Shown: positions 23,075 through 31,872 of the stretch, piece by piece
Numbering within the stretch: position 1 is the stretch's first letter
How the letters are laid out: the number at the start of each line of letters is the position of its first letter
Source of the DNA: Candidatus Thorarchaeota archaeon
GTDB lineage: Archaea; Asgardarchaeota; Heimdallarchaeia; Hodarchaeales; Hodarchaeaceae
DNA: 32,000 nucleotides
NCBI GenBank assembly: GCA_048882505.1
Contig: JBHLRO010000016.1
Span: 30,001 to 62,000 of the forward strand
Direction: 5' to 3'
Translations under genes and position numbers: made by a program
The notes under the pieces: model-generated
What the model saw: the letters and a program-made list of their open reading frames with translations, nothing else
Told to the model about the DNA's origin: nothing
Database searches by the model: none

Positions 23075-24580
23075 ATGACATCTCGTTTTCTGCAAGCGGT
23101 CCGTCCTTTTATGTCCATAACCCCTGAAGTAGTTAAACCTACCCGTGAGGTGCGTTTTAATGAAAAAATGGCCTGGACGTTTGTAGCCTTGATTATCTAT
23201 TTCGTTATGGCGTCTACACCCATTTTACTTGCAAATCCTGGGGAGAGTGATCCATTCGCCTACATGCGGACTATTACCGCATCAACTCAAGGATCACTGG
23301 CCGAGTTAGGTATCGGCCCAATAGTTACTGCAGGACTTATTATGCAGATTTTGGTTGGAAGCAAGATTATTAATATCAATATGGGCGATCCGGAGGAACG
23401 TTCTCTTTATACAGGCGCTCAAAAGGTCATGTCTGTGGCTATGACCATCATCGAAGCTGTTGCGTTTCTAATAGGTGGAAGTTACGGCCGAGATCTTGAA
23501 TTACCTGCTCAAATGGCCATCATCGGACAACTACTGTTTGCTGGTATCATCATTATCCTGTTAGATGAATTGGTGCAGAAAGGTTGGGGTTTAGGATCTG
23601 GAATATCACTTTTCATCGCTGGTGGAGTTGGCCTACAAATCTTTACCGGACTATTCTCTGTCCAGGCCATTACAGAGGGCCCTGCAGATTTGTTATCAAA
23701 CCGTGGAATTGTCCTGGCGTTCTTAGCTTGGGTAAGCGCGTATGGGATACCTACGGCTATCGGGGCCTTGTTTTTCCGATACGATCCCTCGAACAATCTT
23801 AATCTCCCCTCCTTATCCCTGCTCTCGGTCATTGCGACCGTTGTGGTCTTCATTATTGTCATATACTTTGAATCCATGCGGATTGAGATACCGGTAGCGT
23901 ATACCCAGTATAAGGGGATTCGGTCAACTTACCCTATTAAGTTGTTGTACGTTTCTAATATCCCCGTTATTCTAACTTCGGCGGTCTTTGCGGACATCTA
24001 CTTCATCGCGCAAATCCTTTGGAATGCCAGCACAGGTGGTGGCACTACCAATCCTGATCTGCTCTCTCGCCTTCTTGGAACGTTTAAACCTGACGATGTG
24101 TCAGGACAATATGTCCCGCAAACTGGCCTGGTCTATTTCTTAACACCGCCTCGGTCGCTTGTGGGAGAATTAGGGGTCATCGATCCAGCGGCTCCGCTGT
24201 CTTCGATTACACGTGCGCTGGTTTATGCCTTGGTCTTGATCTTTCTGTCGGTGGTATTTTCGGTCATGTGGTTGGATACTGCGGGGATGGGACCGCGTGA
24301 TGTGGCACAGCAGTTTCTACAATCAGGAATGCAAATGCCAGGCTGGCGACAGAGCAAGAAACGGATTGAACGTCGGCTAGAAATGTATATTCCCACGATT
24401 ACAGTAATAGGAGGCATTTTTATAGGTGTACTTGCCGCTTTTGCTGATTTTCTTGGTGCTATCGGTTCAGGAATGGGTATTTTGCTATCGGTAAGTATTA
24501 TGCGCCAATATTTTGAACTAATCAGTAAAGAGCGGGTTGCAGAAATGAATCCCGCATTACGTGGATTCTTGGGGCTCTGA
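23075..24580 (+). CDS. secY: Protein translocase SecY/Sec61 alpha
   Basis: GSLAELGIGPIVTAGLIMQIL.G, LLDELVQKGWGLGSGISLFIA, YPIKLLYVSNIPVIL, GMQMPGWR, YIPTITVIGG, GSGMGILLSVSI. Confidence 0.99.
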   Translation: MTSRFLQAVRPFMSITPEVVKPTREVRFNEKMAWTFVALIIYFVMASTPILLANPGESDPFAYMRTITASTQGSLAELGIGPIVTAGLIMQILVGSKIININMGDPEERSLYTGAQKVMSVAMTIIEAVAFLIGGSYGRDLELPAQMAIIGQLLFAGIIIILLDELVQKGWGLGSGISLFIAGGVGLQIFTGLFSVQAITEGPADLLSNRGIVLAFLAWVSAYGIPTAIGALFFRYDPSNNLNLPSLSLLSVIATVVVFIIVIYFESMRIEIPVAYTQYKGIRSTYPIKLLYVSNIPVILTSAVFADIYFIAQILWNASTGGGTTNPDLLSRLLGTFKPDDVSGQYVPQTGLVYFLTPPRSLVGELGVIDPAAPLSSITRALVYALVLIFLSVVFSVMWLDTAGMGPRDVAQQFLQSGMQMPGWRQSKKRIERRLEMYIPTITVIGGIFIGVLAAFADFLGAIGSGMGILLSVSIMRQYFELISKERVAEMNPALRGFLGL

Positions 24581-24601
24581 TTGCGATAGTGATGAGCCCA
24601 C

Positions 24602-24630
24602 CATCTTCTTTCTCCAAAGAAAGATGTTTT
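24602..24630 (+). terminator. Hairpin plus T-run downstream of secY
   Basis: CATCTTCTTT-CTCC-AAAGAAAGATG followed by TTTT. Confidence 0.4.
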
Positions 24631-24724
24631 GGCATCCGATCAAGATCGTAAGATCAATATCACATATTCAATGGAACTCACCGCTTTTTTCAGCCAAGCT
24701 TAGCACACAAAAAAGCAAATCCTT

Positions 24725-26644
24725 TTGGAAGCACTCTTAATGAAAGAAGTAGTTCCCCCCCCGAAAATTGTACTTCTGGACTTTTTTAAAGATATGAAAA
24801 AGCCGGTTAAGGCAGTCCTCAATGCCCCCATGATCAAGAAGTTTTGTGACACCATTGCTGATATGACCATTGTTTTTTCAGATATCACAAAGAACGATGA
24901 GGTACTCTCGTTCATCAAAACCGAAAGTGGACTCCCTTCTGAAGAAATAGAAAGTTTAAAGGAGTTTTTTCTCGTATCATTCCAAAGCAGTTTCAGCTAT
25001 GGCTATAAAGAAAAGGAATTTGTGTTTATTCAGCTGGAGGAATCCTCACGTCTTCTCAAAGCCAAATATCGTTCCAGTTTTAGTGGATTGCTCTTACACG
25101 AGATATTGCACAGCATTCAACGACAGCGGGGATTGGAAATACGTTTACGCAGTTCATTGGTGTTTTCTTTAGATTTTTTCACTCAACTAGCTGAAATTGT
25201 ACCTCCTGGGACATTCGAGAAGAAGGAAATCATTACTTTTCTCAAAACAATTTCCCAATTTGCCCTATATGCACTTAAAGATATTTACGTTAATGTAGAG
25301 ATGATGAAACGCGGGGGTGGGTTAGGAAGGGCGTTGATTGATTTTTACAAAGCAGATCTGCAGTTTGGTAAATCCATCGATATTCCCGAATTCGACACGT
25401 CGTTCCAAAAAGGAGAAGTAACCATAAAAGACCTTGAATCATTCACAAGGGCTTTTAATCTTCTGCTATCACTTATTCCCTCATGGCTTCCCCAGATGGT
25501 GCTCAATCCGAGCTCTCGGGACTATTCTAGTGCACGAGAACTCAAATACTTTATCTTTGAGAACTATTACTCCACGTTGACATTGATAACTCGGGAACTG
25601 TATCATATCGAGAACATCTTTCTCTCTAGTTTTTCCTATTCACGAGGATTTCATTTAAAATGGTTCGGCGCGGTGTTCAACCTAGCATTAGAATATCTCT
25701 TAGGCGAAGACTTCGCTTTCTACCATCTCTCAAAAGTGACCGAGCTTATCGAAGAAATCTATCAGGAAGACGACGAACGTCGTGGTTTAGCGATCGGTCC
25801 GATTCTCAAGGCGGCGTACGTGCACAAGATCTCCGTTAAATCTGCAGGCATCCAACAAATGAACATTAACGCCCTTGATGCCATGATGAAAAGCTATGCG
25901 ATCGATCAAGCTGAGATTGCAGAGTTGAGAGAATCTTTGGAGGAAACAGTTCAAGATGAAGGACTTCATCCTGGGCATCTATTTGAAAGACTATTGCAGC
26001 TCTCAATCATGATACTCTCTCAGGATTATCGAAAACATGCTCTTCATGGCCGCCGCCACAAGATTAGGTTATATGGTCGAGCCATCCTCACTATTCTCCA
26101 GGCTCTAAACTATCTAGGTGATCAATGTGATGAACAATATTATCATCATGTGCGACTCGCGGTGAAGCAGATCCTCCGAAATACTAACGATTTGTTTATT
26201 CAAGCGCGGGCCTTGGTACTCCTCGAACTGTTCGCTAAAAACTCTATCCATACTTCCCCCAATGATCCCACGGAAGAAGAGGTTGACGAACTTCTATTCA
26301 ATCTCGATTTTTTTGAAATTCCAGTTTCCAATACGTTTGTCGAATTGGGATTATCTTTTATCAATAGTATCAAAACCGTGCTACATAGAGTAGCATTGGA
26401 CGATCCTGAATTTCCCGCCTTGGCTTCTCAGTTCACACAGGTACTATTACAGGAAAAAAAACTCAGTAGTGATGAGTTCGATCAAGTGAATATGGTGCTA
26501 GTAGCCAGTCTTATTGCTACTGACGGCGTACCTTTCATTAAAATACAACCTGTGGTCGAACAATTCGTAGCACTGGGGATGCGCCCACTGAACCAAGAAG
26601 TGGATGATACGGAAGAAAATGATACCAATAAAGTAAATGAATAA
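24725..26644 (+). CDS. Hypothetical all-helical protein with an HExxH zinc-metallopeptidase-like motif (start TTG 24725 or ATG 24740)
   Basis: 639-aa ORF. GLLLHEILHS at 25097-25111 and a downstream KDIYVN that could supply a third ligand. Confidence 0.7.
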   Translation: MEALLMKEVVPPPKIVLLDFFKDMKKPVKAVLNAPMIKKFCDTIADMTIVFSDITKNDEVLSFIKTESGLPSEEIESLKEFFLVSFQSSFSYGYKEKEFVFIQLEESSRLLKAKYRSSFSGLLLHEILHSIQRQRGLEIRLRSSLVFSLDFFTQLAEIVPPGTFEKKEIITFLKTISQFALYALKDIYVNVEMMKRGGGLGRALIDFYKADLQFGKSIDIPEFDTSFQKGEVTIKDLESFTRAFNLLLSLIPSWLPQMVLNPSSRDYSSARELKYFIFENYYSTLTLITRELYHIENIFLSSFSYSRGFHLKWFGAVFNLALEYLLGEDFAFYHLSKVTELIEEIYQEDDERRGLAIGPILKAAYVHKISVKSAGIQQMNINALDAMMKSYAIDQAEIAELRESLEETVQDEGLHPGHLFERLLQLSIMILSQDYRKHALHGRRHKIRLYGRAILTILQALNYLGDQCDEQYYHHVRLAVKQILRNTNDLFIQARALVLLELFAKNSIHTSPNDPTEEEVDELLFNLDFFEIPVSNTFVELGLSFINSIKTVLHRVALDDPEFPALASQFTQVLLQEKKLSSDEFDQVNMVLVASLIATDGVPFIKIQPVVEQFVALGMRPLNQEVDDTEENDTNKVNE

Positions 26645-27034
26645 TGAGAAACTCACAATCAATGAACAGTAAGATCCCGTGTTTTTCAATGATTGTCAGC
26701 TAGGGACAACTCCTCCCTTTGACCCACGTTTTAGTTTTTGATTAATCTTGAACAACGAGACGAGAAAAAAAGAAACATAAATGGGGATAATTTGCGAGAA
26801 AATCAAGGAAAAAAAACACCCTGTTGTCTGCATAAATCGGATGATTTCCAGACGTTTTTTCACTCACGGTGTTAGTATAAGCTGAGGACACACGATAAAA
26901 ACGACTTACTTATACGACAGATATGGACGCTCTAGTCCATCAGGTTGGTATATACTGTCCTGACGAGCAGAATTAACAACTGAACTGCTCTTTTCCATTG
27001 AGAGTATCACACCTCCTATCATGAGATGATACAA

Positions 27035-27421
27035 TTGGTTATGCTTGATCCTCTTGCTAATGCCATGTCCAGCATTGCGAATTCCGAAATTCTCGGTCGT
27101 AAAAAGGTTACTATCCGACCTGCGAGTCGTATTATCGCCAACGTGCTCAGAGTGATTCAACAATATGGTGCCATCGGTGAATTCGAAGTTATGGAAGATC
27201 GCTGGATCATTTCCGTCCAGTTACTTGGGCGAATCACAAAAATTGGTGTCATTAAACCCCGCTACCCCGTGAAAGTCAAAGATTACGTTAGCTGGGAAAA
27301 ACAGTATTTACCAGCGCGTGATATGGGAATTCTCGTTGTTTCAACCTCGGAAGGTGTGATGTCCCACAACGAAGCAAAAGAAAGGAATTTGGGCGGACGA
27401 CTGCTCGCATACGTATACTAA
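27035..27421 (+). CDS. rps8: 30S ribosomal protein uS8 (eukaryotic S15a type)
   Basis: [65 protein letters not shown]...[10 protein letters not shown]. Start is TTG 27035, or ATG 27026/27041. Confidence 0.98.
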   Translation: MVMLDPLANAMSSIANSEILGRKKVTIRPASRIIANVLRVIQQYGAIGEFEVMEDRWIISVQLLGRITKIGVIKPRYPVKVKDYVSWEKQYLPARDMGILVVSTSEGVMSHNEAKERNLGGRLLAYVY

Positions 27422-27430
27422 CCTACATGG

Positions 27431-27997
27431 ATGACCCTAACAATGAAACATGTTGTCATAGAAAGAACGGTTGAAGTCCCTGAAGACATCAAAGCATCTC
27501 TCACTCCTATCCGTGGAGGATATCAGGTCAAGATTAAGGGACCAAAAGGAGAACTTACCCGTGCCTTTGAACGGTTACGAGTACATATGGATCTCCTGAA
27601 TGAGAATACCTTTTACATTCAAAGTCATTTCGGTAGCAAAGCAGAGGCATCCATGGTGGGTACGATCACCGGACACCTCAAGAATATGATTAAAGGGGTC
27701 ACCGAAGGATTCACCTACAAGGTTCAAGTCATCACAAGCCATTTCCCTGCCACCGTTGAAGTTCAAAAAGATGTTATCGCTGTTAAGAATCTCTACGGCA
27801 GACGTGATCCCATTAGAGTTCCCTACGACAACTCTGTTAATGTTTCGGTAAAAGGGGATATGATCGAAATTACCGGCATTAATCTTGAAAAAGTTTCCCA
27901 GACTGCGGCTCGTCTTGCTGAATCAACACGCTTACGCGGTCGGCGCAGTAAAGATCCTACCGTCTTTCAGGATGGATTATACGTCGTTTATCCATAA
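27431..27997 (+). CDS. rpl6: 50S ribosomal protein uL6
   Basis: V.IKGPKGELTR.F, GT..GHLKNMIKGVTEGFTYK, HFP, N..GRR, V.QTAA.L, KDP.VFQDGLY. Confidence 0.97.
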   Translation: MTLTMKHVVIERTVEVPEDIKASLTPIRGGYQVKIKGPKGELTRAFERLRVHMDLLNENTFYIQSHFGSKAEASMVGTITGHLKNMIKGVTEGFTYKVQVITSHFPATVEVQKDVIAVKNLYGRRDPIRVPYDNSVNVSVKGDMIEITGINLEKVSQTAARLAESTRLRGRRSKDPTVFQDGLYVVYP

Positions 27998-28001
27998 ATT
28001 C

Positions 28002-28095
28002 GGGCCTGTAGCTTAGCCTGGTCAAAGCGTCCGGCTCATATGGTCCAAACACTGGAGAAACCGGATGATCGTGGGTTCAAATCCCCCCAGGCCCA
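28002..28095 (+). tRNA. trnI: tRNA(CAT) with a 19-nt 37/38 intron (28041-28059); probably tRNA-Ile2 (agmatidine) rather than elongator Met
   Basis: Acceptor GGGCCTG/CAGGCCC+A; D stem GCTT/AAGC; anticodon arm TCCGG-CTCATA^A-CCGGA; BHB-like junction. The GGG start matches archaeal Ile tRNAs (elongator Met usually begins GCC). The gene itself is certain; its identity is less so. Confidence 0.85.
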
Positions 28096-28101
28096 TTATT
28101 C

Positions 28102-28175
28102 GGCATCGTAGCTCAGTTAGGTAGAGCGTCCGGCTGTTAACCGGGTGGTCGCAGGTTCAAGTCCTGCCGGTGCCG
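28102..28175 (+). tRNA. trnN: tRNA-Asn(GTT), intronless
   Basis: Acceptor GGCATCG/CGGTGCC with G73; anticodon arm TCCGG-CTGTTAA-CCGGG; T arm GCAGG-TTCAAGT-CCTGC. Confidence 0.96.
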
Positions 28176-28683
28176 TCCAATTTTAAATTTGATCAACTCT
28201 GTTCTTTTAGTTCTGCAATCATATAATTAGAATCGTTTTAAATAGGATTACTAAATCTACCGACCAATTTTCGAGTAATCCATTTCGTGACAGCATTATT
28301 CCATAATCTCATCCACGTATTAGACCGTGAATTGTTAGGTGATTAAAACATCATGAGTTCCATGGGAAACGCGTACACTTTCTTTAGTCGGTTTTTAGGT
28401 GATTATATTAGATTTGGAGGGTTGGGCATCGGTGTTTTATGCGATGCCTCCCATGGGTGGAAATGAACCAGGTGGTTAAAGTTAATTAGAAATTTGAATT
28501 CTTATATGCCCCATCATTATCAGGATTCAAGAATTTCCATTTTCTTTTTTCTTTTTGCCTGAACAGATGGATTAGTACTGGTTTAAAGAGTAGATTTGGG
28601 TTTTTTCCTCAGATCGGAAGACCAACAACCTTTTAGCTAACAGCTCCCGAATCAATTTTCACCCGTGTCTTAATGAATCGACA

Positions 28684-30255
28684 TTAAAAGTCCTCCAAGT
28701 ACTCCTGGAACACAATGGGTGTGATCCACCGTTGCTGCACCACATCGAGAGATCGTGGGCTGACAAAACTAGGTTGATGGGCCATCACTACTTCAAAGAT
28801 GCTGCTCTGCCTATTCGGGGCCCATCCTGGGGTATGGAAGACTTTAGCGACAGGTGGAGGCACTCGGGTGAACACACTCACTCCATTTGCCGTTCGATAG
28901 ATAGAACTTTGTGGGGCAAAGTTAAGAAGGATCTTTAATTGGTCTGCAGGAAGGTGAGGTAGTTTGAGATACTGGAATGCGCTAAGGGCAATCGTATTGA
29001 CCATATTAGCCAATGACATGTAGAGAATCAGGCCGCCTTTCTGCTGTAATTCATCTAGCAGGGATTGATCATGTGTGGTGAGACTAGGGGGGAGACCGCT
29101 AATGGAAATCTGTTTACCTATTACATTGCGAAGATGAATAAATTCATGGGTGAGAGATATCCGTTCTCCTGACGGATACCGGACTACAAAAAAACCAGAA
29201 TCAGAGGGGATTTCATTTAGTGATTCTGCGGGTTGTCCCTTACCATCCATAAGCTCTCCTAAACTTTGCCAAATCTCTTGGGTTCGAAATTCCTTGAATC
29301 CCACTTGGGACGTGTAAGTTCCTAAAGAATACGTCAGCATTGATTCTTCGACTTTTTCTAAACTAAAACATCGCACCAGTCCCCTCATCTTTTTTTCAGT
29401 CAGAAAGCTGGATAGAGCCCGTTCGTGACCTAAGGGAATACGAAGGAATCCCAGGAAAGTCTTTTCTTCTGCCGATTGTTGCCACGGCATATAGATCCGA
29501 CTCTCGGTTAGGATTGAGTTGGCAGGGTCGGTAAAATCAAAAATATCTTTGAATTCGGTATCTAGGGGAGTTTTAAGTATAATTTCAAACTCATCTACTC
29601 CTACTCGACGCCAATTAACATTCAATCTAAAGAAAAGACCTTGTCTCTTACAAAAATCCGCTATGCTTTTTATCTGTTTGAGTGAGGCACCATGCTGTCG
29701 AAAAATTCCCTTCATGGTTGGGATACTTAAATCAGTATATTTAAGATGGGGAAGAACACTGTAAAGTATTCTAACCATGCCCAATTCATCTGTACTTAGA
29801 GGTCGTTGATATTCATATGCATGGAACTGCAATTCCTCCCAACGATTGTCTGATAGAGCGAAATTCTGCCTTAAAAAGGTGAAAACACCATTATTTTCGT
29901 CATTCCCGTGGAGAACGCCATAACAGAGTTGAAGGAATTGGTGAAAATTGTCCTTAACTTCGATTAGATCAATGGCACGTTCTAAGAATATGTGAACGAA
30001 CCAAAGAAAAGGGAGCGTCTGATATTCCGAGATCCAACGACCAGTAGTTTGAGTACAGTACTTTTCAAGATAGATAGAGGCCGCCGTCACAAATTGATTC
30101 CGGGTAGAGGGAACACGCACATCCACATGTTGCAAAAGGTTAATGAAATCCGCTACATATTGCTGGTGGGCGCCGTCATAATGAGGGACAAACTGTGGAA
30201 GCCGCTCCACGAGCAACTGGAGCAGTCGCCACTTGCGATCCCGCATTTTGGACAC
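28684..30255 (-). CDS. Hypothetical 523-aa protein; C-terminal half resembles degenerate HTH plus Lrp/AsnC-like modules
   Basis: Long ORF bounded upstream by an in-frame TAA at 30289-30291. Segment FRLNVNWRRVGVDEFEIIL resembles the Lrp/AsnC linker. No confident family. Confidence 0.7.
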   Translation of the reverse strand: MSKMRDRKWRLLQLLVERLPQFVPHYDGAHQQYVADFINLLQHVDVRVPSTRNQFVTAASIYLEKYCTQTTGRWISEYQTLPFLWFVHIFLERAIDLIEVKDNFHQFLQLCYGVLHGNDENNGVFTFLRQNFALSDNRWEELQFHAYEYQRPLSTDELGMVRILYSVLPHLKYTDLSIPTMKGIFRQHGASLKQIKSIADFCKRQGLFFRLNVNWRRVGVDEFEIILKTPLDTEFKDIFDFTDPANSILTESRIYMPWQQSAEEKTFLGFLRIPLGHERALSSFLTEKKMRGLVRCFSLEKVEESMLTYSLGTYTSQVGFKEFRTQEIWQSLGELMDGKGQPAESLNEIPSDSGFFVVRYPSGERISLTHEFIHLRNVIGKQISISGLPPSLTTHDQSLLDELQQKGGLILYMSLANMVNTIALSAFQYLKLPHLPADQLKILLNFAPQSSIYRTANGVSVFTRVPPPVAKVFHTPGWAPNRQSSIFEVVMAHQPSFVSPRSLDVVQQRWITPIVFQEYLEDF

Positions 30256-30576
30256 GAGGTGAACACCAGCTGTTAAGGGTAGTTTTAGTTAGGCCACGCC
30301 CCAATTAAATAAGATTTTGTTCATTGAATGAAAAGGGAAGAGCGGAAAAAATAAACAAAAGCAAGATCTTTTCACAACATTCAGTTATGGAAAAAGAGGA
30401 TGGTGAAATCCTAACCGAATTTCGATACATTCTTCATAACTCTGAATTGCAAATTGTTCAAAGTATGGATCATGGGATGAACCAGTCTTTTAAGCTCGTC
30501 TTTCATTAATCGGACTCGTATTAGTTCATCTGTAATGTTGTGTTTCCAGGTGACCAGCCAGAGTTCCCCCACATCG

Positions 30577-30895
30577 TCATACATGCTTTGTTGAAGCGAT
30601 CACTTGGATTTTATTGCTACCCAGAAAAAACCATTCGCTATTTCCATAGAAAATTCTCCTGATCGCATTGTGTACCGAACATAAGCCGATCCTTATGATA
30701 GATCTCGGCATGAAGTTCGAAATGATTTCCTAAAAATGCCTCCTGGTTCGCTTCAACTAGACTGAGGTAGGCCTTTTTCCCAGTTACAGTCCCGTAAGGA
30801 CTGGTGTGTGTGAAAGTCTCTTCTTTAGGTATCTTCGCAAAGTCTCCTTCTTCCCATTTCTAAAATCACAATCGCACTAATTTCTTTAGTTCCAT
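30577..30895 (-). pseudogene. Decayed NTF2/SnoaL-like small protein gene (two premature stops, two frameshifts)
   Basis: Reconstructed as MELKKLVRL*F*KWEEGDFAKIPKEETFTHTSPYGTVTGKKAYLSLVEANQEAFLGNHFELHAEIYHKDR / AYVRYTMRSGEFSMEI / SEWFFLGSNKIQVIAS. ATG is 10 nt after the mbf1 stop. TGA at 30868-30866, TAG at 30862-30860. Confidence 0.7.
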
Positions 30896-30904
30896 TGTGG
30901 CCAC

Positions 30905-31432
30905 TTACTTCTTTTTACGTTTAATCTTGGCAATAGATCCAAGGGTAGTTGAACGGGGGATTAAATCGTCATCTGCGGTGCTTTCCTCTGAAATCTCCGT
31001 TTTCAATTCTATGTCTAGTTCGCGTTCAATTTTTTGAATAACGCGATCCGTTGGTAAAACCTTCTCCGTTTCGATCCGTGCAAGGAGGGTTTCTTTTTCC
31101 TTGATCATTTGAGCGAGTTCGCCTCGTCCGAGGCCACGAGTGCGACGAGCTTCTTGAATAAGTTCACCATAGCCATCGACCAGAATTTTATCATGAAGAA
31201 AGTCTTTTTCGGGAGGACGGGGATGTCTAGGTTGACGATACGGAGATTTATTCATATCACTAGGGCGTCCTGACGGGGTCCGTTGGGAAGATCGCCGTGG
31301 GGATCGTTTCGGAACTACTGGTTTTCCGAATCGGGCACACTTGGGGCATGCGTGCAATTGAACGTGATCAATTTCGACCAGCGTAACGGGTGCTTCAGCC
31401 CCGCACATTTCACATGGTTGTATCCTACTCAA
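30905..31432 (-). CDS. mbf1: Archaeal multiprotein bridging factor 1 (Zn ribbon + HTH)
   Basis: CEMCG...CPKC, YGELIQEARR..GL...ELA..IKEKE..L.RIE......P....I.KIE..L.I.L, TLG.IAKIK. TTG start 9 nt after AGGAT. Confidence 0.95.
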   Translation of the reverse strand: MSRIQPCEMCGAEAPVTLVEIDHVQLHACPKCARFGKPVVPKRSPRRSSQRTPSGRPSDMNKSPYRQPRHPRPPEKDFLHDKILVDGYGELIQEARRTRGLGRGELAQMIKEKETLLARIETEKVLPTDRVIQKIERELDIELKTEISEESTADDDLIPRSTTLGSIAKIKRKKK

Positions 31433-31872
31433 TTTAACAACATCCTATTCTCTGGGCGGGTATCACGATTCATGAGGGAATAATTACTCAATTCTTAAAT
31501 GAATTGACCAATTGGATCGATTTCCTTTTTATTGAGGTAAAGGGCCCTAGGAATTATAATTCTTGGCTGGCCGGTACCAAGCGATGTAGAGCCATTGGTA
31601 CTATTTCTAGGCACTATTGGTCAGAGGAGGTTTTTATTTTACGGGTTTTTTGACACAGCAACAAAAGATGATGAACCGTTACCCGAATTGAGAAAAGGCT
31701 GCAAAGTAAACCAGGCGTTTGTCAATAGATCTTGTGATTTAGCATAGGGAACCGAATAAAAACATTTTTGTTTTTTGGTGGATTTGGAGACCACAACAGA
31801 GAAATACCTATGGAATAGGTATACACGCCTTCATTATATCTTTAAAATTAACCAATTCTACCAGGGAATACT

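Noticed and set aside
24577-24660. CTGA + GTGATGA and a long hairpin after secY, considered as a C/D sRNA or SECIS
   Set aside because: No D box at guide distance, the GA quartet geometry is wrong for SECIS, and secY has no in-frame TGA. Kept only as a possible terminator hairpin.
28425-28448. GGCATCG/CGATGCC stem matching the tRNA-Asn acceptor stem, considered as an att remnant
   Set aside because: Only 7 bp, with no T-arm or other tRNA sequence. Compatible with chance.
30324-30584. Short opposing ORFs (61 aa on +, 30324-30509; 57 aa on -, 30411-30584)
   Set aside because: No motifs or clear SD, and they overlap each other. Coding status cannot be supported.
5217-31483. Many 60-120 aa ORFs antisense to or nested in ribosomal-protein, herA, ArcE-like, ribophorin and secY genes
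   Set aside because: They are shadow frames of well-supported genes, with no independent motifs.
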